Shown one piece after another: positions 49,792 through 63,349 of a stretch of DNA of 64,000 nt. Within the stretch, counting starts at the first letter, position 1; each line of letters starts with the position of its first letter. The stretch lies in contig MU058103.1 in the NCBI GenBank assembly GCA_013265495.1, positions 560,001 through 624,000 on the forward strand. Direction: 5' to 3'. A program made the position numbers and the translations under genes. Source of the DNA: Vicugna vicugna. Its lineage: Eukaryota. The notes beneath the pieces were generated by a model. It was not told where the DNA came from. It made no database searches and was given only the letters and a program-made list of their open reading frames with translations.

Positions 49792-50174
49792 TGTCTTAGT
49801 CAGTTCAGGCTACCATGACAAAGTACCATAGACTGGGTGGCTTAAACAACAGAAATGTACTTCTTAGAATTCTAGAGGCTAGCAAGTCCAAGAGCAAGGT
49901 GTGAACAAGGTAGCTTTTATTCTTGGATCTCTTCTGGATTTTAGACAGCCACCATCTCACTATGTGCTCATGTGACCTTTTCTTGGTACTCATTGGTAAA
50001 GAGTGACCAAACAAGGTCTCTGGTATCTCTTCTTACAAGGGCACTAATCCCACCAGGATGTCCCCACCCTCATGAGTTCCCTAACTCTAATTACCAACCA
50101 GGTCCCATCTCCAAATGCATGATACCGTGAACACGTGAATTGGGGAGGTGGGCACAAACATTCAGTCCAGCACA
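49792..50174 (-). mobile_element. MLT1A/B-like MaLR solo LTR
   Basis: TG...CA termini (tgtcttagtcagttcaggct ... acattcagtccagcaca), catagactgggtggcttaaacaacagaaat, 5-bp TSD tagcc/ttgcc. Confidence 0.9.
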
Positions 50175-51949
50175 TTGCCTGGGGATAAAAGGTTAATAAC
50201 CCAATTCTTAGACTCTGCATCAGTAATTTCTGACCCCATTGATCTGGTGGTGGAAAAGTAACAGAGTGGGGCTTTTCAGGGTCACTGGAAAGGGAGAAGT
50301 TGACAGTAAGAGATTGTATCATCACTAGGCTATGGGAAGTTACTTTGATATGTAGGGAGATGAATCCTTAGAAAATTAAATGGTCAGCTATCAGGGAAGA
50401 AGCACAAAGCTTAATGAAGTTCTGAGGAAAGAATAGCCCTTGCTCTAGCATCCTTCCTGTCAGATGGCTCAAGTCTATTACTTCAGGTGGCCATTGTACA
50501 CTGTCTGAATTAATAAGTCAGAAACTTCGGGCTTCATTACCTGGTGGTGTGCCTTCCTCCTTTATTCCTTCTATTAGTTTTCCTGTAACTTATTTTGTTT
50601 TTCTTTCCTCTGGTACTTTCACAGAAGGAGAACCATCATTTTTGCCTGTTGGTTCCATCAGAAGGATTCAGTTGTCATAAAGAGAAGCCTTAACAATTAT
50701 TAGCAGAAAATAATAATAAAAGTTGAGGACTCTCTTATAACCAGACCTTGTATCACTGTGGCTATAGCGATACAAAGTCCAGGCTCTGGACACTGGGGCT
50801 CTGAATTATCTGGATTAGAAAGAAAACTCTTATAAATACCATAGTTACTATATTAGAGCAGAGTTTTTGGTTCTTTTGAAATTTAAGGAATAATAGTACT
50901 GACCTCTGCTTGCGTCAGGATGTCTTTCTTGTCTAGTATTAGAGGTGGCTAAATCAGGCATTTTCAGATTGATTTTTAAAATTTAATATTGGGGTTGAAT
51001 TATACGAAGTACCTCCACCTAACATCAATGTTTGCCTGATCTTGTAAATGTCAAGTGAAATTTCATTTTATTCAATCACACCATGCAGTTAGAAATCTGT
51101 ACATTTCTACTGGTGTCATGTGGAAACTAAGTTTATGGATAAGTGAATAAGCAAATGTCATTAGTTTAGGGATTCTGATTAAGTCATTAATGGGTGGCCA
51201 TATTTCATGAATTACCTTTAATAATTTATTTCCAAGCCAGTTGTTTATTTAAGTGTAAAAGTTATTTTTCCCCCATTGATATGTAAACTAAAACTTTAAC
51301 CAATATATGTCTATTTATGATGTATTCGTCATCATCTGTGTAATTGAAGACATTTCCATTTATCTCTGCTATAGAGCTTGCCACACCAGACTATTTGTTT
51401 ATTGTCTCCAACTGCAAAGAGATCCTAAATTTGTCAAGGACAGAAATTTGTTTTATTCACCTTGATGTGCCTGATGCCTAATACACTGCCTGACTTATAG
51501 CAGGTGTTCATTTCTTATCTGATGAAATGAAATAACTTGTGTTCATCTTGATGTCTCTGAGGGGTTAATAATCTGAAGAGGTTAATAAATAATCACAGGT
51601 GATTTCATTCTTGTTCCAGGTATTCTCTACAGTTGGTTGTAGATCCCATATTATCCGTAGTATCACCAGTCTGTGAGTTCAAATGCAGTCTTACTTGTAT
51701 TTTTTACCCAAATCGTCTATATGATATCACATTCATGCCTCATGCAGGCCTTTAAGACTGCTACAGAGTTCCCCACTACCATTATTTGTGGAAGGTTCTA
51801 GTAGATTTCTCATCAGATACTGCTACAGATTGTTGCCTTTGTGTGCTAGATGTCCACTTGGCATTTGACCCATTCATTTTTCCTCTTTTTTTTTTTTCTT
51901 GTAGAAGTGTGGCTACAGGGGCACACTCCATTCCCTTCTTTATTTCCAA

Positions 51950-52001
51950 GTAGATAGATGGTAGACAGATAGGTAACTGGTAGATAGACTGACAGACAGA
52001 T
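51950..52001. repeat. Degenerate (TAGA/CAGA)n repeat
   Basis: Direct reading. Confidence 0.7.
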
Positions 52002-52329
52002 TAATCCCAGCTGACCCTCTGTACTGCTGAGTTCTTAACACTTTAAGTTCTCAGGCCATAAGTCTACTTTGTGTTTGTCCACCATTCTGAGGCTCAAATT
52101 TTGTTCATCTGGCTGGGAAGGACATTCAGATGCCATGTTTTCCCCTCCATCCTTTCCCTTCCAAATCTCTTCCAGGCTCCAATCTTCAAATGCTTCCTTC
52201 TTAACAGATTTCTTCTGGCTAAGACATCACCAATATGTAACACAATATTTGCCCATTATTACCTTTGGATTGGAAGCAGGTCTAGGACTATAACTTGGGT
52301 TTGGTAGGGTCCCCATCCCACTTTTCATT

Positions 52330-52700
52330 GATTTAGTAAATTTAACAATTATTTATACAGTTTTTACTATGTGCTGGACACTGGGAGATACATGAGCAAA
52401 GCAATGTCAAAAAAATCTTCCTTTGTGGAGAAGGGAGATAGATATTAGGTAATAAGTAATAAGGTAGTAAGTCACTATAGATAAGAAATAATAGATAAGT
52501 AAAATACATGACATATCAGATATGATATAAGGTGTTTTGGTTAAAATAAACAAGAAAAAGGCAATATAGTGAATAGGAATGAGAGTAATTAGAAACATTA
52601 TCTTTCTTAGGCAACATTCAAATGGAGACTTGAGAGGGGATGGGAACCAAGGGGTTATCTGGAGAATCCTGACCAGTCAGTGACACAGGGACAAAGGCCT
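52330..52700 (-). mobile_element. L2 3' fragment
   Basis: ttactatgtgctggacactgggagataca; ttatctggagaa...caaaggcctga. Confidence 0.6.
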
Positions 52701-53552
52701 GAATGTATTTAGATGAACATAACCAGACATAGTTCATTATGAACTGAACTGCTTGATGTCCTAGGTTAGAAGAAAGCTTTCATCACATAAATCTCAGTAT
52801 TGCAGACCCTCAGTTAAATTATGAAACCTCTCAACATGTATACTAATATTTAACTCTTCTCTTAACCAGTAGGATTCATACTCATATGACTAAGCTTGAG
52901 ATAAATCTTAATATATAGTAAAGAGAGGTTTTAGTTCAAATTATAGGATCAAAATGTTCCACATATACTTAGATGTAAGATAAGAATAATAAAATGGAAA
53001 TAAATTTCGGGCAAAGTTTCACATTCTCATTTTGAGAAATTTTAAAATAAGAAAAGATAAGGCATTTTCTTAGTAATATATTACAATTCTTTAAAAACAG
53101 GTTGTAAAGAAACTTGGAAGTATGGCATACACTGAAGAAAAAGACATGATATTTTATTGAAACCTCAAACAGAGAATTGGAAGGATACTTAATGTTGAAA
53201 GTATATGCTGATTTTGAATTGGACCACAGTGTTACCATACAACTTTTATAAAGGAATCATGTCACCTGATTCTCTATTTGGAATTAGTAATATGGGTCAG
53301 GACAAGAGGGTATTATCACCAAGTTTATTTGGTAAAAAAAAAATAAGAGCATAATGACATAGTAGATGCTTAATAATACACATGTATTGTTTTTACTTAA
53401 AAAGTATAAACAATTTAAAAAGAGAAGAAATACATAGAGTCTGGAAAATGGACATTTCTTTCCTATATCTAAACTTAAGGATGTTAAAGAAAGAAATTTG
53501 ACATATATCATAAAAATATAAGTGGCATTCTGGCGAGTATTTGGGTAATTTT

Positions 53553-54713
53553 ATTTTATTTTTAATAGACATATAACTTTAGTTTCCAGAGTACAACATA
53601 ATTATTTGATATTGCTATCTGTTTTAAAATAATCACCACAATAAATAAATCTAGTTAACATCTATTACCATACATAGTGACAGTTTTTTTTCTTGTGATG
53701 AGAACTTTTAAGATCTACTCTCAGCAACTTTCAAATATATGACACAGTGGTGTTAGCTACAGTCACCATGCTGTACATTACATCCCCATGACTTGCTTTA
53801 TAACTGGAAATCTCTACCCTTTGACTCCTTTCACCCATTTTGCCTACCCCCTACCGTCTGTCTCTGGCAAATAAAAATCTATTCTCTGTATCTATGAGTT
53901 TGTTTTTGTTTTTGATTTTGTTTTAGATTCCATCTATAGATGAGATCATACAGTGTTTGTCTTTCTCTGTCTGACTTATTTAATTTAGCTGAATGCCCTC
54001 AGGATCTATCCACCTTCCTGCAAATAGCAAGATTTCATTTTTCTATGGCTGAATAATATTCCAGAGTATGTGTGTGTGTGTGTGTGTGTGTGTATGCACA
54101 CACATATGTATATACACATATTTATCTATTCATTTATTGATGGGCACTTAGGTTGTTTCCCTATCTTGGCTATTACAAATAATGCTACAGTGAACATAGG
54201 GGTGCTTGTATCTTTTTGAGTTAGTGTTTTATTTTTTTCAAATAAATATAGAGAAGTAAAATTGCTGGATCACATGGTAGTTCTACTTTTAAGTTTTTGA
54301 GGAACCTCCATGCTGTTTTCCATAGTAGCTGTATCAGTTCACATTCCCACCAGCAGTGCAGGAGAGTTGCCTTTTCTCCACATCTTTGCCAACATTTATT
54401 TCTTGTTTTTTTGAACACAGCCATTCTGACAGGTGTGAGGTGACAGCTCTCTGTGGTTTTGATTTGCATTTTCCTCATAATTAGTGATACTGAGCATCTT
54501 TTCCTGTAGCTGATGGCTGCCTGCATGTTTTCTTTGGAAAGACGTTTACTTACAACATCTGCCCATTTTCAATTGGATTATTTTTGCTGCTGAGTTGTAC
54601 AAGTTCTTTATATATTTTGCATACTAACCCCTTATCAGACATATTGTTTGCAAATATTTTCTTCCTTTTGGTAGGTGGCCTTTTCGTTTTGTTGATGGTT
54701 TCTTCTGGTGTGC
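53553..54713 (-). mobile_element. L1 (L1MA-like) 3' portion, 5'-truncated
   Basis: ORF 54221-54526 contains [18 protein letters not shown]; complete 3' UTR; TSD gggtaatttt at 53543-53552 and 54714-54723. Confidence 0.92.
54069..54120. repeat. (TG)n plus (CA/TA) microsatellite inside L1
   Basis: Direct reading. Confidence 0.9.
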
Positions 54714-55949
54714 GGGTAATTTTCTATTGTTTAGTATAATTACCTGGACAGATCAAACCCCAAACTGCTTCTCTGAATTACCTATGTTAAATCTCCATAA
54801 TTCTGTCACTGTGCCATCATTGGCTCAGTCATTCTAGGTAATTTTTTAAAATATGTTTTTATTTTATATATATATATTTTTTTATTTTCTTGAGACAGAT
54901 TTAACAAGAAACCAAGGGATTGATGCTGCTTATCCTTATTATTTCAGTTATTTGAGCAACATATCCCCAAATACCAGTACAAACGAAACCAAACCATTAA
55001 ACATTCAGGTCTTTCCAGAAAGGTGGACACCAACAGGTAAATCATAGGATTTACGCAGAAATTTAAAATCTTCCTAGGTAGTTTGTGTACCACAAATGAG
55101 GCCTTCATTTCGATGAAGGAAATGCTGTAAATTGAAAGTGTTACGACTGCCAGTTTGCCCCTTCGATACCTCTCCAGTCTCGGTTGGCATCCCAAGCCCC
55201 ACTGTCTCCCTGCACTACCACCGTTTCCCACCTGCTTTATCACAACTGCCTCCTTCCCACGACCTTCTGTCTCTGCCCCTTCGAGTTCCATCCAGGCCTC
55301 TGTGGACACATCCCTGGGACCCCAGTCAAGGGGTACAGAGACCGAGGCAGCTGAGGACTGAGGGGAGTTGTGTAAGGCCAACATCTACCAAAGAAGCAAA
55401 GCTCCCAAGAAGTAGAAACGAGCCAGTCGGGCAAACACTCCCTCCAGACTAAATTAAGACAGAATCCGGGCGTCAAGTGAGAAAAACCTTTTAAGAATGC
55501 AAATAGTCACATTACGCTCCTAGGTAAAAGCATCTATGTTTCCACATCACACACAAGATTAAGAGCAAACTCAGCGCATAGGCGGCATTTCCTACACCAG
55601 TCAGGCTCACAGAGTTGCCATCCTCTGGACACACATTCCACACATCAGCAACACACCGGTCACTCAAATTAAAAAGTTAATACGTAAGTAACAGAAAACA
55701 AAATAAAAACCTTCCATGAGATTTCACATAGTAAGTCCTATTGTCAGAAAGTATTTACTTAAAGGACCCTAGTGTGTTAAAATATTTTAAACAATTATGG
55801 AAAGTTCTCCAAATTATTTTATTTACGTAAACTCCAGTAAACTCCAAATTAATTTACTTATGTATGTGAATGTTTGCATACCTACACGTCTACACACATT
55901 TATACCCAGGTCTTTTAACTAACAAAACACTTATTCTACTGCATATACT

Positions 55950-56520
55950 TTAAAAAAAATAAGATAATAATACAGAATAATTTAGAAAAGAAATGATAGA
56001 AAATAAAACGTGCAGATGTCACCATCCTAGTTCAACCAACACTGCTTTTTAGATTCTTACCCTCCAATGCATATTTGATATGTGCATCATATAGTTGTAA
56101 TCAGAGTTTACACTCTTTCTGTCTCTGGCTTTCTTAACTGTATATCATAGCTGTTTTTATGATGCATCACAGAGCATTATTTTTAATGCATTCATTATAT
56201 TCCATAAAGTAGATATCCTATCTTTTACTTAACCATTGCCATAGTGTTGAGCATTTAGGTATCATTATCATAGTATCAAATATTATGATAAATCGGTGTA
56301 TGATAAGCATCAATGTATGTTCATAAGCATATATTCATTTATTTTTTCATATTTGAATTTCTTGGGCTTACTGTGTTAAATGATTTGAAATTTTTTATGA
56401 CTTATCATAAATAATGATAAATCACTTCTCTCAAATAATGTACTTTACTATCAGTGATGTCTGAAAGTTAGACTGCTCATCTCTCCTGCCTGACATTTTA
56501 TTTAATAATTGTATTTGTTT
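55950..56520 (-). mobile_element. Very old L1 (L1ME-like) fragment
   Basis: attatttttaatgcattcattatattccat; ttacttaaccatt...gagcatttaggt. Confidence 0.5.
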
Positions 56521-56551
56521 AATTAAATTATTTGAGTAAGTTGAAGGCCTA

Positions 56552-56842
56552 TTTCTTTTTCTTTTTTTTAATTGAAGTATAGTTGATTCGCAATGTTTCA
56601 GATGTACGACAAAGTGATTCAGTTATACATATACATATATATATATATATTATTTTTCAGATTCTTTTCCATTATAGGATAATAAAAGTTATTGAATACA
56701 GTTCCCTGTGCTATACAGTAGGTCCCTGTTATTTATCTATTTTATAAATAGTTGTGTGTATCTGTTAATCCTAATTTATCCAAATTCCTAATTTATTCCT
56801 CCCCACACCCCTTTCCCTTTTGGTAACCATGAGTTTGTTTTG
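56552..56842 (-). mobile_element. L1 3' end (artiodactyl-type)
   Basis: tttttaattgaagtatagttgatt terminus; gttccctgtgctatacagtagg; ccttttggtaaccatgagtttgtt. Confidence 0.88.
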
Positions 56843-57164
56843 AATGTGTATTCTTAAGCAAAGGATATTGTACATAATATAACTTTTTCATAATTACCCG
56901 AGTCATCATTTAAAATTTTGGTATGCCATGGAGTAAACCACTAAGCTCACTAGAGCACCCAACATATATGCAAAGTGTATCAATTGTATGCTAGACACTC
57001 TCCTAGTCTCATCTCTGATTTTTAAAACTTGATCTTTATATGAAGAAAGCATTATTATATCTATTTTTAAAACAGTTGCAGTGAGACTAAATAGTATTAT
57101 ATGTGGGAAGGGTAAAGTACAGGGTATGAGATTTAATAAGTGAATTGTATGATTAATCACACAT

Positions 57165-57278
57165 CATTTCCTTTTTTCTCTCTCCTTACTTTTCTTTATG
57201 TTTCTCTCCCTCTCTATCTTTCCTTTCTTCCTCTTTTCTTTCTTCATCCATTTCTTACTCCTCTCCCTGTTTTTGCAG
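57165..57278. repeat. Pyrimidine-rich low-complexity tract
   Basis: Direct reading; almost all C/T on the + strand. Confidence 0.8.
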
Positions 57279-59389
57279 ATTGCCTAGTTCTTAGCTAGTC
57301 CCAAATAGATGTGCTTTCTGGAAGTTCTTTACATGGCTGTAAGGTGATACCACAACTCCTTGCTAATTGGCTGACACAATGAGTGATCTAGAATCCACGG
57401 CTCTGACTTCTGACTCCTGACTCCCAGGGAATGTCCCGTCATTCTTCAAAGAATTCCTTTCTAAAACTTTACATTTCTTGTTTTCTTGCTTATTTGGTTT
57501 AAAATAATTGATTTTTATAAATGCAATAAATATTTATTGTAGGGAATAAAATAGAGGTAAGCCAAAAGAAGAAAACATAGATGTTCCACAACTTCATTTA
57601 AATTACTACCTAAAATATCCACTTTTCCCCCCATTTTTTCCATTTTTTAATGGACTGATGATCCAATTAAGTTCAAATGTGCTTTCTTATCCTTAAGGAT
57701 AGATTTTTGATCATCCTTCCCAGACAGTAATATCCACTGATGATGCCAAAGTACCCCAGGTAGTTAAAAAAATGGTATCCAGGTATGCTTCAATTTCCCA
57801 CCGACGTTGTGATTTGTAAAACCAGTTATTACTCTATGTGTGTTCATATGTGTACATGTGTGAATGTGCATGGGGGTTCCTTGACGTGATGACACCAAAC
57901 TGGATTGGAAGGATCACCTCTGCGCTTGTTCTTTCCTTCCCCGCCCCAATGGGAGACACTATGTTGGACATCCAGATGCTTTTTTTTTTCCTTACGCACT
58001 TTACATTTCTGGACACTAGTCTTCAAATTTCTAAAAACTGGTTTGAGACCTGATTCTCAAGCATATTAATTTATCGTGTCTCTAAGCTGGGACAAATATT
58101 TTAGTTCCACTCAGTACATAGCTTTCTCATTTCCCTTCCAGGTCAGTAAATACATTTTTCTCTTAATATTTCATAAATGCCAGGAGTTAGTTAACAGTGC
58201 TGAGATAGCATTAAACTAATCTCTTTGGTTCTTGACACAGCCTCTATTTTATTCTTTACCCTAGAAAATGTCACATTTGCAGATTATATTTATATTTCCC
58301 CTGAAACACTGTGAGCTACGATTTCTTTAAAAATACAGTGTTTTGTAAAGAAGTCTTAACAGTCACTATGGGAAATTTTGCAACCTTCAGAGAGCCAAAT
58401 CTTTCAAAACTCATAAAATGCTCACCTGGAAAATAGAGAAGAATGCTAGGAAAGAAGCCAGTAAGCTAAGCTGTGTACTTCACTGGCCTTTAGATTTATG
58501 TTCTTGGTTTTTTTTTTTTTTTAACTCTTACTGAAGTTTAATACTCTGATCTCCTCCCTAATTAAGCAGCCAATGGAAGCAAAACAACCTGTTGCAATTT
58601 TTTCTTAGCTAAATGTGCCAAGTTTGAACAATACATCAAGTCATCTGATTTTTGACATAACAGTGTTTTTGTTATTTATTCCTTTTCCTTTTGAGTTCAG
58701 TGGTCACTTTGCATGGCATTCTGTAAACCTAGCTGTGGCTTTATCTTCTTTATCTTCTTTTAGTTTCCACATTTGTCTCATTTTAGTCTTTTTGTTCCAT
58801 ATCCTTTTTAAAGCACTGTGCTAGACATTCATACCTTGGAATTATCAGTATTATCATGGGAACCAGGATGACGCAACTGAATTGATGCAAATTAATTAAA
58901 GAAAAATGGGGAATAGTCAAGGTGGTGGTGGTTGTTGTTTGCATGTGCCGTGGCCACACTGTTGATTCAGAGGATATGACTATACATACCTGTGATGGAG
59001 GTGCCTACAGAAAATGGTTCCTAGTTTCTACTTTGCAATAGCTTGGTCTTCTGTGGGATAATTTCTATCAAACAACTGGCTGCATTTGAAAACTGTTATA
59101 TTTTAATCTTGGAAGAGTCCCATTAGCTTAGCTTGTTTCTGTTCTGAATTAATTGCCAGAAAACAGAGTCTACCTTTTAAGATCGTTTTAGACTTTTAGT
59201 AAACAAACAAACAAACACACATCAAATGAAGTGAATTAATTCCCAAATCTGGAAATGGAGGGAATGAAGTTAAGTTTTGTTCTATATTATACCTGGATGA
59301 CAGAGCCTGCCCCTCATTACAGAACAGGCAGTTTTTAGCTATCTACTCTCTCTCTCTTCCGATCTTGATCTCGATCTCGATCTAGGTAT

Positions 59390-59605
59390 GGATTCATCTT
59401 TTGGTACCTGCTGATTCTTAGAGCCCCCTCCTATACCAAAATCAGAGGCTGCTCCAGTCCCATAGTCTATCCCCTGGATCCTTATAGTTCCACATCTGCA
59501 GATTCAACCAACTGTGGATAGCTTAGTACTGTACATACTTACTAGAAAAAATCCACTTGTAATTAGACCCATGCAGTTCAAACCCATGTCGTTCAGAGAG
59601 AGTTG
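59390..59605 (+). mobile_element. TcMar-Tigger-type MITE (MER2/MER8-related)
   Basis: ataccaaaatc...gctccagtccc; aaaaaatccacttgtaattagacccatgcagttcaaacccatgtcgttca resembles the MER8/Tigger terminus. Confidence 0.7.
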
Positions 59606-60489
59606 GCAAACCAGAAAGGCAGCTTGGAAGCTGGAAACAATGCTACCATGGACATTCAGTGGGAGCTGGGGTGGCTAATCTCTAAAGCGCCTTCTCAGTT
59701 TACTGGATCAGAGTTTGTGATGTTCCTAGCTAGCATAATACAAATGGCTAAGAAATATTCTCTTTATTTTCCTTCCATTTCCTCAGTAGCAGAAAGATAG
59801 GAGTTATGGGAATTTTTGATCGAGTATTAATAAATCATCCTTAACTTTGAAAAATAACTAAAGAATGCTTGTGTACTCTTAGGATGGAGACCACATGCTC
59901 TACCTCTTTTGACATTTTATTATGGTCAATGTTGTGCTCAACTCATCTTTTTTAATGAAAAAGTCTGATTTAAAGTTTGAGGAAGGAGGCCTCAGTTTCT
60001 AAAGATTCTATAAAAGGATGCCATACACCAGTTTCCTAATATAAGGATGAAAGCTCTATCAACCCTGTTAATTAGCATTGTTTATTGCTGAACATCTATT
60101 GTGCCATTAACTCTCAACCTTATTTTAAAAATTGCTTCTGAAAACTAAGGTAGATTCATGCCTCAAATGCAATATAAAATTAGTTAATGTGGGAGAAGAC
60201 ATCTTGGGTGACTTCTCTTAAAGTAATATGTTTTAAAAAATGATTAAAAGAATAATATTCTTCAAGTTAATTATCCATGACATCCATTAATAATAGGAAC
60301 CTACATTATTGCTATACACATTCGTTAACTATCAGGATATTAAAGTATTTAAATATCAAAACTGAATCCTATTGCAACTATAAATTAAAGCTAAATTAAT
60401 ATAATACCTACACTTGGATTTAATAAAACTAAAATTGATTACTACTTCTTTTGGCATCAAAAGTCATTTCTCTAAAGGATGTGATATAT

Positions 60490-60670
60490 TGAAAAAGGAC
60501 TAAACCAAAAATCAGAAATCTTGGGTTTCAGTCCTAGCTGCACCACCCACTGCGGGAATGGCTTTAACAAGTCACGTGGCCTCCCTAGACCTCCAGCTGC
60601 TTACCTTTGAAAAGAGAAGTTTGGTAGTAGATGAATATAATGTTAATTTTTACCTTGAAAATTCTGTAAT
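60490..60670 (+). mobile_element. MIR-family SINE
   Basis: tgggtttcagtcctagctgcaccac...aacaagtcac...ctagacctccagctgcttacct. Confidence 0.55.
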
Positions 60671-62659
60671 ATATAAACATACAGTCTTGATTTTAAATTT
60701 CAGACACAAGGTGGCACTATTAGTAGTGATTTCCATTTAATCCACAGATAAAACCAGGGCAATTTCAAGATGTGTATATCCAAAGAAAATATCTGAATAT
60801 ATAGATCTTACATTGCAGGCGCGCACACGTGCACACGCGCTGTCTTTGGTTGATTCCTGTAACTTAACATCTGGGTGAAAGCTGAACAATTCAGTCAGCC
60901 AACTGCTTGACACCAAGATGATTGATTGATTTTTTTTTCATTATCATGAGAATATTTCAGTGTTGGGTAGACAATAAAGATGTATTTGCAAAAATGTGTG
61001 TAGGAAAAAGATTGATAATGGTATGATTTCAGTATAAATAGGAACCCTTGCACAAGATATATCAATCTTACAGGATGAGAGGAAAGGTGTTGAAATGTGA
61101 GCAAATTGCATAACTTAGAGTTTGCTATTAAATAAAAAAGAATGTGTGCCAGTGGGCAGACAATTTTCAAGTAACCTTAAAGACACAAGTTTTAGAAAAT
61201 GGAAAAAGTGTAGCGCACGCAGAGGTGAGAATTTAAATTCTAATTTAAAACATTTTTGCCAAGAATTTGCAACCCCTTGCTGCCACTTCCCCAAACACTC
61301 TCCACGTGTACTGAGGACCAAGCAAAATTTTGTGGCTAAACCAATATCAGAATTTAATAGACTATTTTAGTAATAAACATATATAGGCTGACTTTATTCC
61401 TCCTTTGTTATGATGGTTTTCGAATTCATTCTTCATGATGGGTTCAGATGCCATTCCTCTTTTTTAATACTTACCCACTCTGGGTAGAATTAGTCTCTCC
61501 TGAATAATTTATAAAATGTTTATACTCAAAAAATACTGGAAATCTTTGCAATCCTCTAGACCACTCCTTTCATTTTGCTAATGAGAAAACAACTCCAGAG
61601 AGAAAACATGAGAACAAGAAGCTCTACATTTGATCTGTGATGAGGGCAGAAATACAGTTCTAGGTTTCTTCCTGCTGGCTGCTGTGGTATGTCTCAGATG
61701 ACAGACAGCCCTTTCTATTCAGAGTCCAAATCTCATCTACCTTCCTAAACTGTAGATCCCTTCTAAATAAAAGTCCGTATTTTTTCCTCTCATACTGTCT
61801 AGCATAATATCTAGTAATGTGGAGGTGTTCAAAGCATACATTTGAATAAATACATGATTAAATCTAATGAACAATTGTAACAAAACTAACACTCACTTCT
61901 CCCATATTTATTTGGAAGCACCCACTGCAGTGCTTCACTCCAGATAATTACATATTATAATGTTGTTTCATACATCTACAAAACCATCTGTGGTGAGAAG
62001 TGAGAAATTTTTGTTTGATATTTTATTGTAAGCTACTTTGAAATGGGTTGTAATCATAAATTCTTTCTATTACTCAGTGGATATCACTTAACTAATTTCA
62101 ATTTAAATTGTTGCAACTGAACAAGTAATACAGCTGTGGCTCACTGTCCTTCTTCGTCCAACAGACATATGAGCTGAACAATTCCTAGAAAAGACTCTAC
62201 CCTGTGTGAGTTATGTCACTTTAGTCAGTGATTCAATCTCCTTCAGCGTCAATTTCTTACCCTGTAGCTGGGATGATGATCGTTGCTAGACAGCTGTTTT
62301 ACAAGATGCTCTGTATATGAGTCCCAGGAATGTGTGAGTCTGGCATGTGTGTTACCTGGATAAAGCTGAAATTCTCTCATTATATTGGAGAAGACACAGG
62401 GAATAAATAAGTATACAAGAGTAACAAAGTACCCCTCTTTTCCGAGTGGTTGCTCTAGTGTTGATAATGAGCAAATGCATAGGTAATGACCTCGCTCGTC
62501 TTTAGAAACAAAGCTGGGACACATAGACTGTAATAACTCACATAATTCTAGGTCTCACTCCAACTTACAATTGTAGAACCTTTTCAAAACCCACAAAAGT
62601 TTTACACTAGAATCGGTGGGAGTTCTAGGAGGCAGTTTCATGTGTGCTCGTATGCAACC

Positions 62660-62912
62660 TTCTCGTGTTCTTCTCATCCCTCTGTCCCTTGTTTCTGTGA
62701 TCTACTTCTGAGAGTCCTTGGGGATGAGATCTCAGATCTCCACGCTCACCTTGCACTGCCCTCAGCTACCAGTGTCCAGTATGGCTGGGCAGGAGTCCAC
62801 GCCAAAGAGTCAGGCTACAACGCAGTCACCACTGTCCCTCACTGCGTCTGCAGGGCGGAGCCAATGCTTGGTGTGAAGTAGGAGCTTAAAAACATCTATG
62901 CAAAGAGTGAAT
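62660..62912 (+). mobile_element. L2 3' fragments
   Basis: ttctgagagtccttggggatgag; tcaccactgtccctc...aatgcttggtgtgaagtaggagcttaaaa. Confidence 0.5.
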
Positions 62913-63349
62913 AAGGGTTACCAAAGGCTTTCCTGGAAATCGAAACATATTAGAGCCATACTGTGGTCAGTGCAGAAGGATGGAGGATGGCTCTTTGCTC
63001 TCTTCCCTGTCTCACTTTTAGGAAGCTGGCACGCTTTTGCTACTTTGTCAGGGAGGGAGCCCCTGTGAAAACAGCACCCTCTGTTTCTGCAGGCAGATCT
63101 TTCTTCAGAAAGACTGAAGCCAAGATCCTACTCCTTTTAGTGGGCCTGGGGCCAACACAGCGTCTAAGGAAAACGTCGCTATTCTTTCCTTTCACCTTCT
63201 GTTCTGGAATTGCTGCTTCCTCTCTCCCAGCCCCACTGACATCTCCGTATGTGGAGGGAAAAGAGAGAATTTAGTCCTATTGCCATTACTAGTTTGCCTT
63301 GATATATCTAATTTCCTAACTAAACTCAAATGTTTGCTGCTGCTTCAAA

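Noticed and set aside
54944..55476. Overlapping 68-146 aa ORFs
   Set aside because: Explained by locally higher GC content and fewer stops; there is no protein-like signal.
57886..58053. C/D box snoRNA (gtgatga ... ctga)
   Set aside because: The boxes are ~160 nt apart, with no terminal stem or recognisable guide.
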